A stretch of 63,659 nt of DNA, filler included, from Neoconidiobolus thromboides FSU 785 (taxonomy: Eukaryota; Fungi; Entomophthoromycota), in the NCBI GenBank assembly GCA_025603075.1. It is 6 parts of 6 records of this genome, joined end to end, with 100 filler letters (N's around TTAATTAATTAA, not from the genome) between each part and the next. Parts side by side here need not be neighbours in the genome. Positions count along the whole stretch, not along the records: positions 58,948 to 62,496 come from MU626815.1; positions 62,597 to 63,659 come from MU627048.1; 4 more parts are not named here. The stretch is one strand, 5' to 3'. A model generated the notes under the pieces. The model had not been told where the DNA came from and ran no database searches. It worked only from the letters and a program-made list of their open reading frames with translations. The position numbers and the translations under genes are program-made. This document shows positions 61,096-63,659 of the stretch, in pieces. Position 1 is the stretch's first letter; each line of letters begins with the position of its first letter.

Positions 61096-62496
61096 ATGTT
61101 TAGTTTAATTTCAATATTGAATTCCATCCTTATATTATCTTTATCCTATTACAGCTACAAAGTAGTTTATTATATATATCATGAACACATTATAATTCCA
61201 TTTTTAAAGGTTATATACAATGTATATTTTAGCCCATTGAGAAAAGTACCTGGTCCTTTAATTAACCTAATATTTCCCTTTATACATAATATTTATCTAA
61301 TAAATGGTACCTTCCCAGAGTATGCTCTCGATATCCATAGTAAGTATGGAAACGTGGTAAGATTAAGTAAGTATTTATAACACGTCAAACCGTTTTGATA
61401 AATATTAAATAAAACTAGGTTGGAGCGAATTATCCTTTTCTTCAGATTCAGCATTAAAAGAGATCTACTTGACTTATGCATATGCAAAAGATGAGATTTA
61501 TGACATTTTTGAAATAATGGGAGAAAGCATTTTTAGCACAAGGTAACAAAATAGACACAAAATTAACAACTATTAACAATTTTTTAGAAATAGGGATTTT
61601 CATCGTCAAAGAGTAATACTGTAAACATTTCTTAAGATAATAAATAACGGTTAGAAAAAAATCATTGCTCCATCTTTTTCAGAAAAGGTGATTGAAAGCG
61701 TGGAATACTTAATTAAAAAGAATCTACACACTTTTATAAATAAGGTGGATACACTTGCAACTCAAGACCAAAAGTTGGATCTTGGTCTTTATTTTCATTA
61801 CTTTGCTTTTGTAAATTATTTATCAAACAATCAAGTTTATAGTAACATAAATAATAGGATGTAATTGGGGATTTAGCATTTGGGAAATCATTTAATATGC
61901 TGAGAGATGGTCATCACCCAATAATAAAATGGGTACACGATATATCCAAATATACCCTTTTGGTATGATATGTTATCATTTATTAACTATAATTTACATA
62001 TGTTAGGTATTTATATTCCCATTTTTGAAACATTATCGATTTGATGGCATTAAAAAATTATATGAGGTATTAGAAATTAAAAGTATTACCCTAACCTATT
62101 AAACCATATCTAGTTTTCATATGAAGCAATAAAAGATGCTAGAAATAACCCAGATAGAACTACTATTTTAAGTACTTTTATTAAAGCAACAGATCCAGAT
62201 ACTGGAATACACTTAACTGATAAAGAAATAGCTGAAGAATCGATTTTACAAATGTAACCTTATTTTTCAGTTTATTGAACTATTTAGCTAAATCATTTAT
62301 AGTGCTGCTGGAACCGATACTACTTCAAATTCACTTACATGGTAATCTAATATAATATAAGTGGAATCTTTGTAAAACTAATCAACATGATTAGGATATT
62401 TTATTTATTAGCTAATAATCCAGAAGTATATGAAAAAGCTAAAGAAGAAATATATACAATATTCCCAGATAAGGATTCAATTACTTATATTAAATG
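61096..62496 (+). CDS. Cytochrome P450 (benzoate 4-monooxygenase/CYP53-clan-like), many short introns, 3' part lost in gap
   Basis: N-terminal TM, RKVPGP, HSKYGNVVRL|G, HRQR|KKIIAPSFS, DVIGDLAFGKSF, I-helix AAGTDTTS, LANNPEVYEKAKEEI; ExxR and heme Cys not in window. Confidence 0.9.
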
Positions 62497-62596
62497 NNNN
62501 NNNNNNNNNNNNNNNNNNNNNNNNNNNNNNNNNNNNNNNNTTAATTAATTAANNNNNNNNNNNNNNNNNNNNNNNNNNNNNNNNNNNNNNNNNNNN
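62497..62596. other. Assembly gap with linker
   Basis: 44 N + TTAATTAATTAA + 44 N. Confidence 0.97.
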
Positions 62597-62946
62597 TCAC
62601 AACTAGTGCCAGAAGTGCAGAAATGTAACCGAGAATTGGGACATATTTATTGACTAAAAAGAATTGAAAAGGACTAAGCTCCATCGTTTTAATTTCGGCA
62701 ACATGTTCTATTTTCTCTATTTATATATTTTTAAATCCAGGTTATTTGATTGATGTATAATTATATAATATGATATAAATAGAACATGATGTAGCTTTTG
62801 ATATTGAAGCTTATAATTTTATTTTTGGGACTTTTATTTAATTAAAACTCCTAACTATATTCCTATGGAACTTTACTATTTATATTGTTAAAGTTGCAAG
62901 CATTATCTTTTTACTTAATACCAAATATATTTTTTAGAACATAAAT

Positions 62947-63032
62947 GGGAATATTTTTTACTTCATTTATTTTTCCATTTTTAAGCTCTGTGAGTAGGAA
63001 AATTTTGATAAATTTTTTAAAAAAATATGGCC
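62947..63032 (+). mobile_element. Degenerate MITE copy
   Basis: GGGAATATTTTTTACTTCATT..TTTTCCATTTTTAAG. Confidence 0.65.
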
Positions 63033-63303
63033 AAAGTAATATAAACGGGTTAGAAAACCTAACTGAAATTGTAAAGTTATTCAGTTTGATTTAGGTTTGG
63101 GTTTGTAAGGTTTAGGAGCATTGATTTTAAAATTTGGCAAAAGTGGCTTTTATTGTACTAGGTGGATTTTTATGAGGTAGTTTTTAAATATCTAAGGTAC
63201 TTTAGTGAAAAACCTGGTAAGAGTGATAGATTGCAACTAGAAAAAGTATCATTTTACAAATAATACTTGATTTTAAAGGAAACTCAAAAAAATAACTATT
63301 AAC

Positions 63304-63402
63304 GGGGACGTACTTTTTTGTTTAAGAATTCTACTAATAAAATTTCCACTCAAATAGCGCTTAAAAGATAGAGAAAATAATGAAATCAAAAAATACATTC
63401 CC
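63304..63402 (-). mobile_element. MITE copy
   Basis: GGGGACGT...ACATTCCC. Confidence 0.9.
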
Positions 63403-63543
63403 AATATATTGAAATAAGAAATTATCAAAAAGTAATATTATACAAAATAAACTACTTAAAATTCAATTTTGTTTGTAAAAATAAAATTAAAGCAGTTAAA
63501 GTTTATTATAAATCTTATACATGAGGATTTTTTTTTAAAACAA

Positions 63544-63659
63544 TGTGAAATCTGGTACTCAGTGTTTGGAGCCAAGAACAGCTATTGCTGGGTTGGCTAC
63601 ACTATAACTCGAAAGGTCTTAGTTTATGTGACTAAGATGGATTGGATTATGAAGAATAG
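63544..63659 (+). mobile_element. TGT...ACA repeat (solo-LTR-like), copy 4, runs off the window
   Basis: TGTGAAATCTGGTACTCAGTGTTTGGAG.. matches copies 1 and 2. Confidence 0.78.

Noticed and set aside
62597-62900. Continuation of the P450 after the gap
   Set aside because: No ExxR, PER or FxxGxRxCxG motif was found; the C-terminus is missing from the window.

Overview
Very AT-rich eukaryotic (fungal) DNA with ~45-60 nt GT-AG introns. The gene content and the expanded F-box/LRR and fungal-TF-like families suggest an early-diverging fungus, possibly Entomophthoromycotina (Conidiobolus-like); this taxonomic call is inference only. The window is six contigs joined by 100-nt N spacers that carry an artificial TTAATTAATTAA linker, so adjacency across the gaps is unproven. 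Two gene-dense blocks (0-26 kb and 29.8-38.5 kb) encode a membrane-anchored GH5 glucanase, an NADP-dependent alkenal reductase, an F-box/LRR gene plus a pseudogene paralog, a PHO84-like transporter, ketopantoate reductase, ATG3, an RNF216-like RBR E3 ligase, MPDU1, RPS26, a CYRI/FAM49 homolog absent from the ORF track, a DEK_C/HIRIP3-like protein, a fungal TF-like protein, a PQ-loop protein, a nucleolar protein and a ZZZ3 homolog. The right half holds tRNA-Arg(ACG), a tandem family of secreted Cys4 + Pro/Lys + Asp/Tyr/His proteins, and a truncated P450. Intergenic DNA is dominated by a ~98-bp MITE family (~36 copies, GGGGATGT...ACATCCCC ends, 4-bp TSDs). That family has a filled/empty site pair inside the window, a candidate longer parent element with related ends, and a perfect 201-bp inverted duplication. 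A separate ~465-bp TGT...ACA solo-LTR-like repeat occurs four times.
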